Of a stretch of DNA of 64,000 nucleotides, positions 33,863 through 43,437 are shown in pieces. The notes under the pieces were generated by a model. That model saw only the letters and a list, made by a program, of their open reading frames with translations. It had not been told where the DNA came from and searched no databases. Every line of letters begins with the position of its first letter. Position 1 is the first letter of the stretch. Source of the stretch: an uncultured delta proteobacterium (GTDB lineage Bacteria > Myxococcota_A > Polyangia > Polyangiales > Polyangiaceae); contig CAVQUB010000032.1 of NCBI GenBank assembly GCA_963716725.1, positions 160,001 to 224,000 of the forward strand, in the 5' to 3' direction. The position numbers and the translations under genes are program-made.

Positions 33863-34750
33863 ATGAACCACGCCCAGAGCCTCCGCCTCGTCGCCACCTT
33901 CGACCTGCTCGAGTCGCTCAGGTCGCGTAAAGCCATGGTGCTCCTGCTGCTCTATTCCATGGGGGCGCTTGGCGCGTCCGGCATCTTCATTCGGATCTTG
34001 GTCGCCATCCGGGAGCGTCTCGAAGAGGAACTCGGACAAGCGGTGGACATGAAGCAGCTGATGGAGAGCCCGGCCATGGCTCGAATCGTGGGCGGGCTCA
34101 CTGGCGACTCTGACGTTGCGAACGCCATCGTCGCCATTCCGCCCATGGCCCTCTTCTACGGTTGGATCGCCATGAACTTCGTCCCGCTGCTGGTGCTGTT
34201 CACGTCTTCGGACGCCATCTCCGGAGACCTGAGCAGCGGTGCCGTCCGCTATTCGCTCTTCCGCACCGATCGTCTCAGCTGGGCGCTGGGCAAGCTGGTG
34301 GGGCAGACCGCGCTGATGGCCCTCGGGGTGCTGGTGGGCGCGGTCGTGTGTTGGGGCACGGGCATGATCTGGCTCGATAAGATGCCCGCGGGTGCGACGG
34401 CGTACTGGCTCTTGCGGATCTCTGGCCGAGCCATTGTCTACAGCTTCGCGTATCTCGGAATGGCGATGTGCGCCTCGCAGCTCACGCGCACCCGCGCTCG
34501 GGCCGGCGCCCTGGCCCTCGTCATCATGTTCTTGGCGTCGGTCGGCGGCAGCGTCGTGCAGTTCAAGCCGATCGTGGAGCAGGCGCCTGCGGTCTTCCCG
34601 GTAGTCGCCAAGCTGTTCCCGAGCGGGCACCACCTGGGGATTTGGCATCCCGGTATCGCCCAGAGCGTGACGGCGATGTTGGGTCTGGTCGTCATCGGTC
34701 TCGCCTTCTTTGCGCTGGGCTACTGGCGCTTCTCGAGGAGGGACGCATGA
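33863..34750 (+). CDS. ABC-2 type transporter permease
   Basis: About six TM helices; DAISGDLSSGAVRYSLFRTDR...LGKL. Confidence 0.85.
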   Translation: MNHAQSLRLVATFDLLESLRSRKAMVLLLLYSMGALGASGIFIRILVAIRERLEEELGQAVDMKQLMESPAMARIVGGLTGDSDVANAIVAIPPMALFYGWIAMNFVPLLVLFTSSDAISGDLSSGAVRYSLFRTDRLSWALGKLVGQTALMALGVLVGAVVCWGTGMIWLDKMPAGATAYWLLRISGRAIVYSFAYLGMAMCASQLTRTRARAGALALVIMFLASVGGSVVQFKPIVEQAPAVFPVVAKLFPSGHHLGIWHPGIAQSVTAMLGLVVIGLAFFALGYWRFSRRDA

Positions 34751-35670
34751 CCGCCGCGTTGAAAATCCGGGGGCTTCGGAAAAGCTACGGTCGCACCGTG
34801 GCGCTCGACGGTCTCGACGTGACCGTGCCCAAAGGCGTGATCTGTGGCTTTGTCGGCCCCAACGGAGCCGGCAAGACGACGACCTTCGGCGTCGTCGGCG
34901 GTCTCATCCGTCCCGACGCCGGCGAGGTCGACATCTTGGGCAAGGGCCCGCTCGCGCCCCGGCAGAACCCCGGGCTCTTCACCATGTTGCCGCAGGACTG
35001 CGAGCTCAGCCCCCATGTCTCGCTGCGCCAGCTCCTGATGCACTACGGCCGCCTCCAAGGCCTGACCCTCGCCGAGGCCGAGCGAGAGGTCGCCGCGCGG
35101 CTGGACGAGGTGGCGCTCACCGATCGCGCTGAGGCACGCATCAAGACGCTGTCGCACGGCATGCGCCGGCGCGTGGCCATCGCCCAGGCCCTGCTCGGCT
35201 CGCCGCGCCTGGTCTTGCTCGACGAACCCACCAGTGGCCTGGATCCGGAGTTGGTGTTGCGCATGCGCGATGTCTTTGCTTCGCATCGTGGCAAACGCAC
35301 CCTGGTCGTGAGTTCCCACAACCTCCTCGAGCTCGAGGCGCTGTGCGATCACGTCATCTTCATTCACGGTGGGCGCTGCACGCGCAGCGGTTCGATGGCT
35401 GAAGTGACGGAACAAGGTTTGATCATGCGCTACGCGGTCGAGAGAAGCGTAGACGTCGCGCAACTCGAGCAGGCCCAGGCTGGCCTCGAAATGGCCTGGG
35501 AAGGTTCGACCCTCATCGTTCGCGGCTCCGGGAGCTGGACCGCCCCTACCATCAACGCGGCCGTGGTGCCCTTCTTGCTCCACCTCGAAGCGGGGCTGCT
35601 CGAGATCCGCCGCGGCAAGTCCCTCGAGGACGCCTACCGGCAGATCCACGGCGAAGCCGGCGGCTCCTGA
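34747..35670 (+). CDS. ABC transporter ATP-binding protein
   Basis: GPNGAGKTT, LSHGMRRR, LLDEPTSGLD, SSH; ATGA overlap with the permease. Confidence 0.95.
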   Translation: MTAALKIRGLRKSYGRTVALDGLDVTVPKGVICGFVGPNGAGKTTTFGVVGGLIRPDAGEVDILGKGPLAPRQNPGLFTMLPQDCELSPHVSLRQLLMHYGRLQGLTLAEAEREVAARLDEVALTDRAEARIKTLSHGMRRRVAIAQALLGSPRLVLLDEPTSGLDPELVLRMRDVFASHRGKRTLVVSSHNLLELEALCDHVIFIHGGRCTRSGSMAEVTEQGLIMRYAVERSVDVAQLEQAQAGLEMAWEGSTLIVRGSGSWTAPTINAAVVPFLLHLEAGLLEIRRGKSLEDAYRQIHGEAGGS

Positions 35671-35715
35671 GCACGGCCTTGTTGCCGTGTCGTTCCGGGA
35701 CCATGTAGACGGCCG

Positions 35716-36960
35716 ATGGCCAACCCCGCCCCCGCCGACTCGAGCGGCACGACTGCGGTGAGCGCCATCTCCGAGCGCAAGCTCTTGGTCGTGCTGGCGC
35801 TCGTTCAGTTCGTGAACGTGCTCGACTTCATGATGGTCATGCCGCTCGGTCCGGACTTCGTCGAAGGTCTGGGCATTTCGAGTTCACGGCTCGGCTGGAT
35901 AGCCGGGAGCTACACCGCGTCGGCAGCCGCCTCGGGCTTGGTCGGTATGCTCTTTCTCGACCGCTTCGACAGGCGCCAGGCCCTGGTGGTCGCCCTGGCG
36001 GGGCTCTCGCTCGGGACCATCGCGGGCGGATTTGCCACCGGGCTCGGCTCGTTGATGCTCGCGCGAGTGCTGGCGGGTGCCTTCGGTGGACCGGCGACCG
36101 CGCTCGGCCTCGCGATCATCGCGGACGCCATCGAGCCCAAGCGGCGCGGTCGGGCCCTCGGTGCGGTGATGGGCGCGTTCTCGGTCGCCTCGGTGCTGGG
36201 GGTGCCGGCGGGGCTCGAGCTGGCGCGGATCGGCGGCTGGCGCATGCCCTTCTTCGCGGTCGGTGGCGTGTGCGCGGTGGTCGCCGTGGCCACTGCACGA
36301 TCGCTGCCACGACTGACCCTCCACTTGGCGGCCGCCAAGAGCGACCCGCCGGTCGGTGCCTGGCAGGTCATTCGGCGTCCCGTCGTGTTGATCGCGATGG
36401 CTGCGAGCGGCGTCACCATGCTCAGCGTCTTCTTGATCGTGCCCAACATCACCAGCTACCTGCAGTTCAACCTCGATTTTCCCCGGACTCAGCTCGGCCT
36501 GCTCTACTTGGTCGGCGGGGCTTTCAGCTTCTTCACGATGCGGGTATCGGGTCGCGTCGCCGACCGCTACGGCGCCGGGGTCGTGGTCACCATTGGCACG
36601 GCGTTGTTCATCGGAGCGACGGTGGCCGGCTTCGTGTTCGACCACGCGCTGTTGCCCATCATGGCTGTGTTTGTGGTCTTCATGGTCTCGGGCAGCTTCC
36701 GCATGGTGCCGATGAACGCCCTGGCCACGCGGGTGCCGCGGCCGACCGAGCGTGCGCGCTACATGAGCATCCAATCGACGGTTCAACACGTCGGTGCAGC
36801 CCTGGGAGCTTCGGGGGCAGCCTTCATCTTGGTCGAAGAACCCGGCGGGCGACTGCTTCACATGCGGGAAGTGGCGCTGGTGTCCATCGCACTGGCGATG
36901 CTCCTTCCGGTTCTGATTTTCGGCGTGGAGTCTCGGGTTCGTGCGGCCGAGGGTCCGTGA
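35716..36960 (+). CDS. MFS transporter
   Basis: About 12 TM helices; DRFDRR and ADRYG loops; RGRALG. Confidence 0.92.
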   Translation: MANPAPADSSGTTAVSAISERKLLVVLALVQFVNVLDFMMVMPLGPDFVEGLGISSSRLGWIAGSYTASAAASGLVGMLFLDRFDRRQALVVALAGLSLGTIAGGFATGLGSLMLARVLAGAFGGPATALGLAIIADAIEPKRRGRALGAVMGAFSVASVLGVPAGLELARIGGWRMPFFAVGGVCAVVAVATARSLPRLTLHLAAAKSDPPVGAWQVIRRPVVLIAMAASGVTMLSVFLIVPNITSYLQFNLDFPRTQLGLLYLVGGAFSFFTMRVSGRVADRYGAGVVVTIGTALFIGATVAGFVFDHALLPIMAVFVVFMVSGSFRMVPMNALATRVPRPTERARYMSIQSTVQHVGAALGASGAAFILVEEPGGRLLHMREVALVSIALAMLLPVLIFGVESRVRAAEGP

Positions 36961-36985
36961 GCGAGGCTTCTGCTAGCCTGGAGCA

Positions 36986-37626
36986 ATGCGTCTGGTTGCG
37001 GTTTTTGCCTCGGGGTTACTGGCCATGGCCGCGGGCTGCGACGACGGCGGCGGCGACTCCGGCACCGACGGCGTTGGCGGGAGCAGCGGCGGTTCCGGTG
37101 GCAGCGGAGGCAAACCGGTCGGGCCCGTGCCGCTGGATCCGACCGCGTTCACCTACGCGCTCGAAGAGGGCACGTCAGCGTTGCCGACCTGAAGGTCGGC
37201 TGGGACGCCTACGACGCGAAGAAGGGCTACGGATGGAGCGGGGAGAACATCGGCAAGGCGTCGATTGCGCTCTTTGGCTACGACGACGTCGGAGGTTTTT
37301 CCGAGGTGCAGCGGAGCTACGTCTACGACGACTATGGCCGACCGAACCTCTTCGAGTTCGCCCTCGATCCAGGCAAGTACAAAGTCACGGTCGGGGTCGG
37401 CCGGCCCGCAAAGGGCTACCCGAACGACCCGCACAACGTGAGCATCGAGGGCGTCAAGATCGTCGATGACCAAGTGACCACCAGCGGCGCACCGCTGATC
37501 ACCAAGACCACCAACGTGGACGTGACTGACGGGAGTCTGTCGCTGGTTGTCGGCGGAAAATCGGCCACCACCGGCGATTTTGCCTACACCTTCTTCGCGT
37601 ATCTGGAGATCGAGCCGGCGAGCTGA
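36986..37626 (+). CDS. Lipoprotein with a C-terminal galactose-binding/malectin-like domain; frame break near 37188
   Basis: Lipobox AAG-C and Gly linker. Then, out of frame, LKVGWDAYDAKKGYGW...FEFALDPGKYKVTVGVG...VDVTDGSLSL. Confidence 0.6.
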
Positions 37627-37630
37627 GGGA

Positions 37631-39256
37631 TCAGGGCGTGAGCACGCGTTCGCCGAGCACTCTCGAGTTGCCGTCGGTGTCGACGGCGACCACGCGCAGC
37701 AGATGCGGGCAACTCGATAGTCCGCTCACCGGGACCTTGCCCGCATAGCCGACGGCCGGACAGCCGCTATACATGGGGTAGACGGCGCACACGTCGGGGC
37801 GGGGGACGTTCACGGGGAAGCTAGCGACCTCTTGGCCGTCAATCTGCGCTTTGACGCTCACGACGTGCTGCGTGTCGAGCGCCCAACCGGAGACGTCGAG
37901 GGTCGAGCTCGTGCCGAGCTTCACATCCGTCGCCGGTGCGTCGATGACCCCGAAAGGAGCGCGCTTCTTCAAGACGCCCTCGAGCTCGGACTTCACGGCC
38001 GCGAAGCCACCGAGCGCCAGATACGATAGTCCGCGCACCGTGCCACCGGCAGGTAGCCCGAAGGTCATCTGGGCTCGCACGTTGTGGAAGTAGGGCGCGC
38101 TGGGCGGACCACCGCGCCAACCTTGGAAGTTCTTGACGCCCTGATCCATCGCGATGCCCACCCCGTAGTTCTTCGCCGAGTCTTGCCAGCTGACCCAAGG
38201 CGCGGGTGAGCTGAAGTTGTCGTAGAAGAATCCATCGTTGGCTGGCGTCGAAAGGGTGACGGTCTTCCCCGACGAGTCCAGGAGCAGCGGCAGGTCGGGT
38301 CCGCCCTTCCCGTTGGAGACGTAGAGGGTCGGCAGCTCCTGTCCCGTCGCCGGATGGGAGAACGACTCCTGGCTCTTGACCTCGTGTTCGACTTCGACCA
38401 CGTGCTCCGTGACGAAGCGGAAGCGGCTCTTGTAGACAACTTGCACCGGGACGCCCGGCCCGTTGCAGGAGCTCTTCTTGCAATCTTTGGCGTCCCAATC
38501 GGGATTCCACTGCAGCGGTTGGATCACCACTTCGAGGGCGTCAGCCGACTGCCCCTGCGAGATCAGCTTCGCCCCCCGGTTGCACTCGTCGCCTCCCTGC
38601 ACCGGGTTCCAGCCCAAGAAGGTGATCGAGTTGCCGCAGGACGTCGTCGACGAGAGGCACGAGGCGTTCCAAGCGCAGGGCTGACGGGATCGGCTCGGAT
38701 CGTAGATGGCGACTTGCAGCTCGCGGCCCGTGTCATTGGCATCGATGACATTGGAGCCCGGATTGGAGCTGAGCCCGAAGAAGACCACGGTTCCGCCCCA
38801 GTTCAGCCGCGCGCCGATGCGCGTGAGGTTCGTGGGGCTCTTGAGGAAGACGTCGGTGTGCCCTCCAGTGGTCTTGGTCTCGATGCCCCCGAAGCCCGCG
38901 CTCGGCAGGCGCATCGCCCAGGGATCGACGTGGGGCGCAGCGACGATGTTGGGACAGGCGTCACTCCCACCGCTGCCGGCGCTCGCGTCCGAGGCGCCGC
39001 CGCTGCCGCTGGTGCCTCCCGACGCACCGCCGCTGCCGCTGGTGCCTCCAGAGGCGCCACCGCTGCCACCGGTCGCGCCACCGCTGCCGCCGCTGGGCGA
39101 CCCCGCGCCGCCGCCGGCGTTGCCCGCTCCGCCTGGGCTCGAACCACCGCTGGTCGAACCGCCGGAACTGCTCTTGGGATCCCCGGGACTCGATGTGTCG
39201 TCACAGCTGGCCAGCGCGACGATTGCCGCGCCGGTGATGATGGCGAAAGACCTCAT
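37631..39256 (-). CDS. Lipoprotein of unknown function (beta-rich core and C-terminal Ig-like domain)
   Basis: Lipobox LAS-C, Gly/Ser linker, NDTGRELQ..Y and WNPVQGGD; C-terminal PFG.ID.P...VSGWALD...RPDV...HLLRVVAVD. Confidence 0.75.
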   Translation of the reverse strand: MRSFAIITGAAIVALASCDDTSSPGDPKSSSGGSTSGGSSPGGAGNAGGGAGSPSGGSGGATGGSGGASGGTSGSGGASGGTSGSGGASDASAGSGGSDACPNIVAAPHVDPWAMRLPSAGFGGIETKTTGGHTDVFLKSPTNLTRIGARLNWGGTVVFFGLSSNPGSNVIDANDTGRELQVAIYDPSRSRQPCAWNASCLSSTTSCGNSITFLGWNPVQGGDECNRGAKLISQGQSADALEVVIQPLQWNPDWDAKDCKKSSCNGPGVPVQVVYKSRFRFVTEHVVEVEHEVKSQESFSHPATGQELPTLYVSNGKGGPDLPLLLDSSGKTVTLSTPANDGFFYDNFSSPAPWVSWQDSAKNYGVGIAMDQGVKNFQGWRGGPPSAPYFHNVRAQMTFGLPAGGTVRGLSYLALGGFAAVKSELEGVLKKRAPFGVIDAPATDVKLGTSSTLDVSGWALDTQHVVSVKAQIDGQEVASFPVNVPRPDVCAVYPMYSGCPAVGYAGKVPVSGLSSCPHLLRVVAVDTDGNSRVLGERVLTP

Positions 39257-39470
39257 AGAGCGAGTGTACGCCAGGGCTCCACCGCCGGCGATCGTGGAGA
39301 GAGACGGCGCGTATCGGCGGAGTTCGAGCGCCCGGATCTGCTGGGGAGGTCTCGGGGTGTCGCCTCCTGGGCTGGGGTTGGACTTACTGAAGCGTGGCGC
39401 CGTCGCCGCCCGGGTTCTCGAAGACTGGTCCGCTTTGGCCCCCTAGGGGGACAATCGCGAGACGCGCATC

Positions 39471-40808
39471 GTGCATCGCCCTTTCTCCAAGCGTCGTCGT
39501 CGGCTTCCACTCCGGCAGTTGCTGCTGCTGGGCAGCGCCGCGTCTTTGGTGTGGGCCGGCTGCCGGGTGCGGCGGGACGCGCCGGAAGGCCCTGCTGCGG
39601 GCTTGATCGTGGCGCCCGTCGCCAGCTTCCTTCAGCGCGAGCAGATCGCCGTTCGGGACGCGGGGCCCGACGGTGACCCCCTGGTCGACGCCGGTGATCC
39701 GCCGGAAGGCTCGTTCGTATTGGTCTTCGGCGGTCTCGACTCGGCACCGGAGCGTCCCCAGTCGGAGCACAGGGCAGTGCGTATCGCGCTGGCGGCGCTC
39801 GCGCAGGGGAAATCGCCGGTGGACGCGGCCGTGGAAGGCGTCGCAGTGCTCGAGGACGATCCGGAGCGGAACGCGGGCTTGGGCTCGTCGATCCGCATCG
39901 ATGGCGTGACGGTTCAGATGGACGCGGCCGTGATGACCGAGGACGGGCGCTTTGGTGCCGTCGCGGCTTTGTCTCGAGTTCGAAACCCGGTGCGAGTGGC
40001 CCGCGGCGTATTCGACACCGATCAGCGAGTGCTCACGGGGCTCGGCGCGCAGCAGTTTGCTCGTGGACTCGGGTACGCGGACTTCGATCCGGTCACGGCC
40101 CAAGCAAAGTCGACCTACCAGGCACTGCTCGCGGCCGAGCTGGCGAGGGACGCGGGCTCGTCGTCGCTCTTGCCCAAGGGCTGGCAGATGTGGGTCGATG
40201 CATCTGCCTGGCTCGCGGACGGTGGGGCGGAGGTCGCCGAAGCGGACGCCGCGGCGGACGCCGCGCTCGCGGTGGATGACCCAGCGGATGCAGCGCCGGA
40301 GGCGGCGGCAACCCCGCCCCCAGCGCCGCCCAAACCGCCGCCCAAGATGCCGGGACCGAAGGCGCCTGCTTTCGCAGGCGATGCCTCGGTGCCCTCGGCG
40401 CCCGGGGGACACGACACGGTGGCCGCGCTGGTCCGGTCCGCCGCGGGCGGATTCGCGGGTGCCGTCAGCTCCGGCGGGCCGCCGCTGACCCTGCCCGGAC
40501 GGGTCGGGGATGTGCCGACGCCTGGGGCCGCCCTCTGGGTCGGCAAGCGAGGCGCCGTCGCGATCACGGGACCGGGCGAGCGCATCGTGGATCTCGGTCT
40601 CGCCCGCGCCGTGTACGAGAGGCTCGTGGCGCTGCGCTCGACGAAGCTAGCGGCGGCGTGGGGCGCCAAGCAGTTGCCGGCAGGAGCAGCCGTTTCCGTC
40701 GCGGTCGTCGACGGTCGAAGCTTCGCGGTGGAACCCGCCGATGCCATGGCCTGGGTGGGCTCGGAAGGCGACAAGACTTCCGAGAGCGCGACGGAGCGCA
40801 AGCCGTGA
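39471..40808 (+). CDS. Isoaspartyl peptidase/L-asparaginase family Ntn-hydrolase with an export signal
   Basis: LEDDP..NAG.GS, QMDAAVM, NPVRVAR, LTG.GA, HD-TV autoproteolysis site, SSGG, GRVGD, TGPGE; N-terminal KRRRR...WAG-C. Confidence 0.85.
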   Translation: MHRPFSKRRRRLPLRQLLLLGSAASLVWAGCRVRRDAPEGPAAGLIVAPVASFLQREQIAVRDAGPDGDPLVDAGDPPEGSFVLVFGGLDSAPERPQSEHRAVRIALAALAQGKSPVDAAVEGVAVLEDDPERNAGLGSSIRIDGVTVQMDAAVMTEDGRFGAVAALSRVRNPVRVARGVFDTDQRVLTGLGAQQFARGLGYADFDPVTAQAKSTYQALLAAELARDAGSSSLLPKGWQMWVDASAWLADGGAEVAEADAAADAALAVDDPADAAPEAAATPPPAPPKPPPKMPGPKAPAFAGDASVPSAPGGHDTVAALVRSAAGGFAGAVSSGGPPLTLPGRVGDVPTPGAALWVGKRGAVAITGPGERIVDLGLARAVYERLVALRSTKLAAAWGAKQLPAGAAVSVAVVDGRSFAVEPADAMAWVGSEGDKTSESATERKP

Positions 40809-42097
40809 ACCTCACCGTCGTGCTCGTGCTGGTGGTGATCTTCAGCTTCGGCATCGGTCATCTGCTGACCCGCTACGCGTCGCGCTTCGTCACGCTGAGC
40901 GGCGCGGAGTACATCCTGGTGGGCGTGCTGATCGGGCCTCACTTCCCCTGGAAGCTCGTGAGCGAGCAAGCCCTCGTCCAGCTCTCGCCGCTGATCTCGC
41001 TCCTGCTCGGTCTGGTTGGATTCGTCATCGGGTTGCGCGGTCGGAGCGGTCCTCGTCGTTTGGACGTGACCCTGGTCGGCTGGGTGTCCGCGCTCCTGGT
41101 GTTGATGACGGTTGCGGCGGCGGTGATCCCTGTTCTGCGTTGGCTCGTGCCGGTGAATGAGGTCGACGCCGACTTCGTCGTCAACCAGTTGGTGTATCGC
41201 GGGTTTGGCTACCTGATCGAGGTCCACTTTGCGAGCACGCACCTGTGGGTAGCGCTCGGCATTGGCGCCTCCGCCGCGGTTGCCTCGCCGCTGCTGCTCG
41301 AGTCGATGACCCGGCTCACCGGGTCGAAGGGCCGCGTCAGCATGATGCTGGAGTCGACCGCTGCGGCCAGCCAGGTGGTGGCCGTGCTGGTCCTGGGTGG
41401 CGTGCTCGCCACCGCTCGCGCCACCGAGGCGGCGGGGCGCTTCTCGATGACGGTTGCCGAGTGGGAACTCGCGGCGATTGGCGTTGGCGTGGTCAGCGGA
41501 CTCCTATTCGGGCTCTTCATCGGAAAAGAGAGCGAGCCCTCTCGCATATTCCTGGCCACCGTCGGGCTGGTGACATTTGCTTCGGGAGTCGGGGCGGCAC
41601 TGAGCATCTCGCCGCTCTTCGTCACCATGCTCGCGGCGGTCACCGTGAGCGTGACGTCCAGCCACGCCGAGCGCGTCCGGGTGCACGTCGGGCGCTTGCA
41701 GCACGCGCTCTTCGTACTGCTGATGATCTTCGCTGGTGCACTGTGGAACCCCGTGAGCGGATGGGCGTGGCTTCTGCCCGTCTTCTACGTGCTCGTCCGT
41801 TTCGCGGCGAGGCGGGTCGGGACGGCACTGTGCGCCAAGCTCATCCTCGATCCGCCCTTGCTCGCCCGTCGCCTGGGCAACGGGCTCCTGTCGCAGGGAA
41901 CCTTGGCCGTGGCCGTCGGCGTGAACTTCGCGCAGAGATTCCCCGAGTTCGCCTCGTTGATCCTGACCACGGTGTTGATTGGGACGCTGCTCAGTGACCT
42001 GTTCAGCACTCGCATGCTGCGCTCGCTGCTCGCGGACGCTGGGGAGCTCGGGGACGAGCTCGAGGGCGAAACCACAAGAGCGGAGGCCTCCACATGA
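40805..42097 (+). CDS. Cation:proton antiporter (CPA)-like membrane protein
   Basis: About 12-13 TM helices; EYILVGVLIGP, LGLVGFVIG, LSISPLF, LSQGTLAVAV; GTGA overlap with the previous gene. Confidence 0.8.
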   Translation: MNLTVVLVLVVIFSFGIGHLLTRYASRFVTLSGAEYILVGVLIGPHFPWKLVSEQALVQLSPLISLLLGLVGFVIGLRGRSGPRRLDVTLVGWVSALLVLMTVAAAVIPVLRWLVPVNEVDADFVVNQLVYRGFGYLIEVHFASTHLWVALGIGASAAVASPLLLESMTRLTGSKGRVSMMLESTAAASQVVAVLVLGGVLATARATEAAGRFSMTVAEWELAAIGVGVVSGLLFGLFIGKESEPSRIFLATVGLVTFASGVGAALSISPLFVTMLAAVTVSVTSSHAERVRVHVGRLQHALFVLLMIFAGALWNPVSGWAWLLPVFYVLVRFAARRVGTALCAKLILDPPLLARRLGNGLLSQGTLAVAVGVNFAQRFPEFASLILTTVLIGTLLSDLFSTRMLRSLLADAGELGDELEGETTRAEAST

Positions 42098-43437
42098 GAG
42101 TCGTCGTTCTCGGTGCTGGCGAGGTCGGCACGCACGTCGGGCGAGAGCTTTCCCAGGAAGGCAACGACGTCGTCTTGGTCGATCGCCGGGCTGATGCCTT
42201 GAGCCGCGCCGAGGAGTCACTCGACGCGCTGGCTCTGGCCGGAGACGCGACGCATTGGGCCGTGCTCGAGGCCGCGGAGGTTGGTCGCGCTGACTTGGTC
42301 GTGGCAGTCACCGGTTCGGACGAGGTAAACGTGGTCGCCGCCGCGCTCTCCGCGAAGCTGGGAGCACGTCGGACCGTGGCTCGAGTCGATGCTCCGAGCT
42401 TCTACCGCACCGGCGGGGGTGTCGAGCGCGGCGTGCTCGGCATTCACTCGCTCCTGTGTGCATCCCGACTCGTGAGCGAGGAACTCTTGCGTCTGGTCGA
42501 GCAGCTGGACGCGCGCTACGTTGGCAACTTCTGCGGCAACGCCCTGCAAGTGGCGCTGATGCCAGTGCTGGACGGCAGCCAAGCCTTGGGTCGGTCGCCG
42601 CAGGAGCTCAAGCTCCCGAAGGGCGTGACCGTTGCCGGCCTCGTGCGCGACTCTGCGTGGCGGCCGGTAGCCGATCTGAACCGAATCGAGATCGACGACG
42701 CCCTGGTCCTCTCCGGCACTCCGATCTCGGTCGCCTCCGCGGTGCAGTACGTCCGGGCGTCGCGGGAGGGGCAGCGGGCGGTCGTCGTCGGAGGAGGAGA
42801 CGTCGGATATCAGCTGTGCCGGATGCTCAGCAGCGGCGATAGGCGCGTGCAGGTCATCGAACGCGACCGATCGCGGTGCGAAGTGCTCTCGGAGTCCCTG
42901 CGCGGGGTCGATGTCATTCATGGCGACGGCACGAGCATTTCGCGTCTCCGCGATGAGCACGTCGAGAGCGCTGACTACCTCGCAGCGGTCACTCGAGCCG
43001 ACGAAGTCAACCTGATGGTGTCGCTCTTGGCTCACGACATCGGGGTGCCCCGGGCCTTCGCGCTGGTCCACCGCCCAGGCTACGCCGACGTCTATGCCCA
43101 CCTGGGTGTTCGAGGCACCGCCGGTACCCACGACGTGATCGCCAAGATGGTGCGCTGGCTTCGCCCGCAGCGCGGAGCGCTCGCGACCGTTCCATTGCCC
43201 GGGACGGGGCATCACCTCTTCGAGTTTCAAATCAGCGAGAATCTGCCCAAGCCGCTCGCGCTGGAGGAGCTCGGACTTCCGCCCGAGGCCGCCGTCGTCG
43301 GCTTGGCGCGTGACGGCGCGAACGCGGGGCTGGCGAGCGGAAGGGTGCAAGCGCTTGACAACCTCGTCATCGCTGCGCCGGTCACGGCGGCGCGCCAGCT
43401 CGAGAAGCGGATGTCGCGCGTCGGGGGCAAATCGTGA
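42094..43437 (+). CDS. trkA: Trk system potassium uptake regulatory subunit (two RCK domains)
   Basis: GAGEVG and GGGDVG Rossmann motifs; AVTGSDEVN and AVTRADEVN. Confidence 0.92.
   Translation: MRVVVLGAGEVGTHVGRELSQEGNDVVLVDRRADALSRAEESLDALALAGDATHWAVLEAAEVGRADLVVAVTGSDEVNVVAAALSAKLGARRTVARVDAPSFYRTGGGVERGVLGIHSLLCASRLVSEELLRLVEQLDARYVGNFCGNALQVALMPVLDGSQALGRSPQELKLPKGVTVAGLVRDSAWRPVADLNRIEIDDALVLSGTPISVASAVQYVRASREGQRAVVVGGGDVGYQLCRMLSSGDRRVQVIERDRSRCEVLSESLRGVDVIHGDGTSISRLRDEHVESADYLAAVTRADEVNLMVSLLAHDIGVPRAFALVHRPGYADVYAHLGVRGTAGTHDVIAKMVRWLRPQRGALATVPLPGTGHHLFEFQISENLPKPLALEELGLPPEAAVVGLARDGANAGLASGRVQALDNLVIAAPVTAARQLEKRMSRVGGKS

Noticed and set aside
37190..37192. TGA at the end of ORF 36986..37192 as a second selenocysteine codon
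   Set aside because: The in-frame continuation (RSAGTPTTRRR...) is not protein-like, the real coding continues in another frame, and no SECIS-like hairpin was seen.
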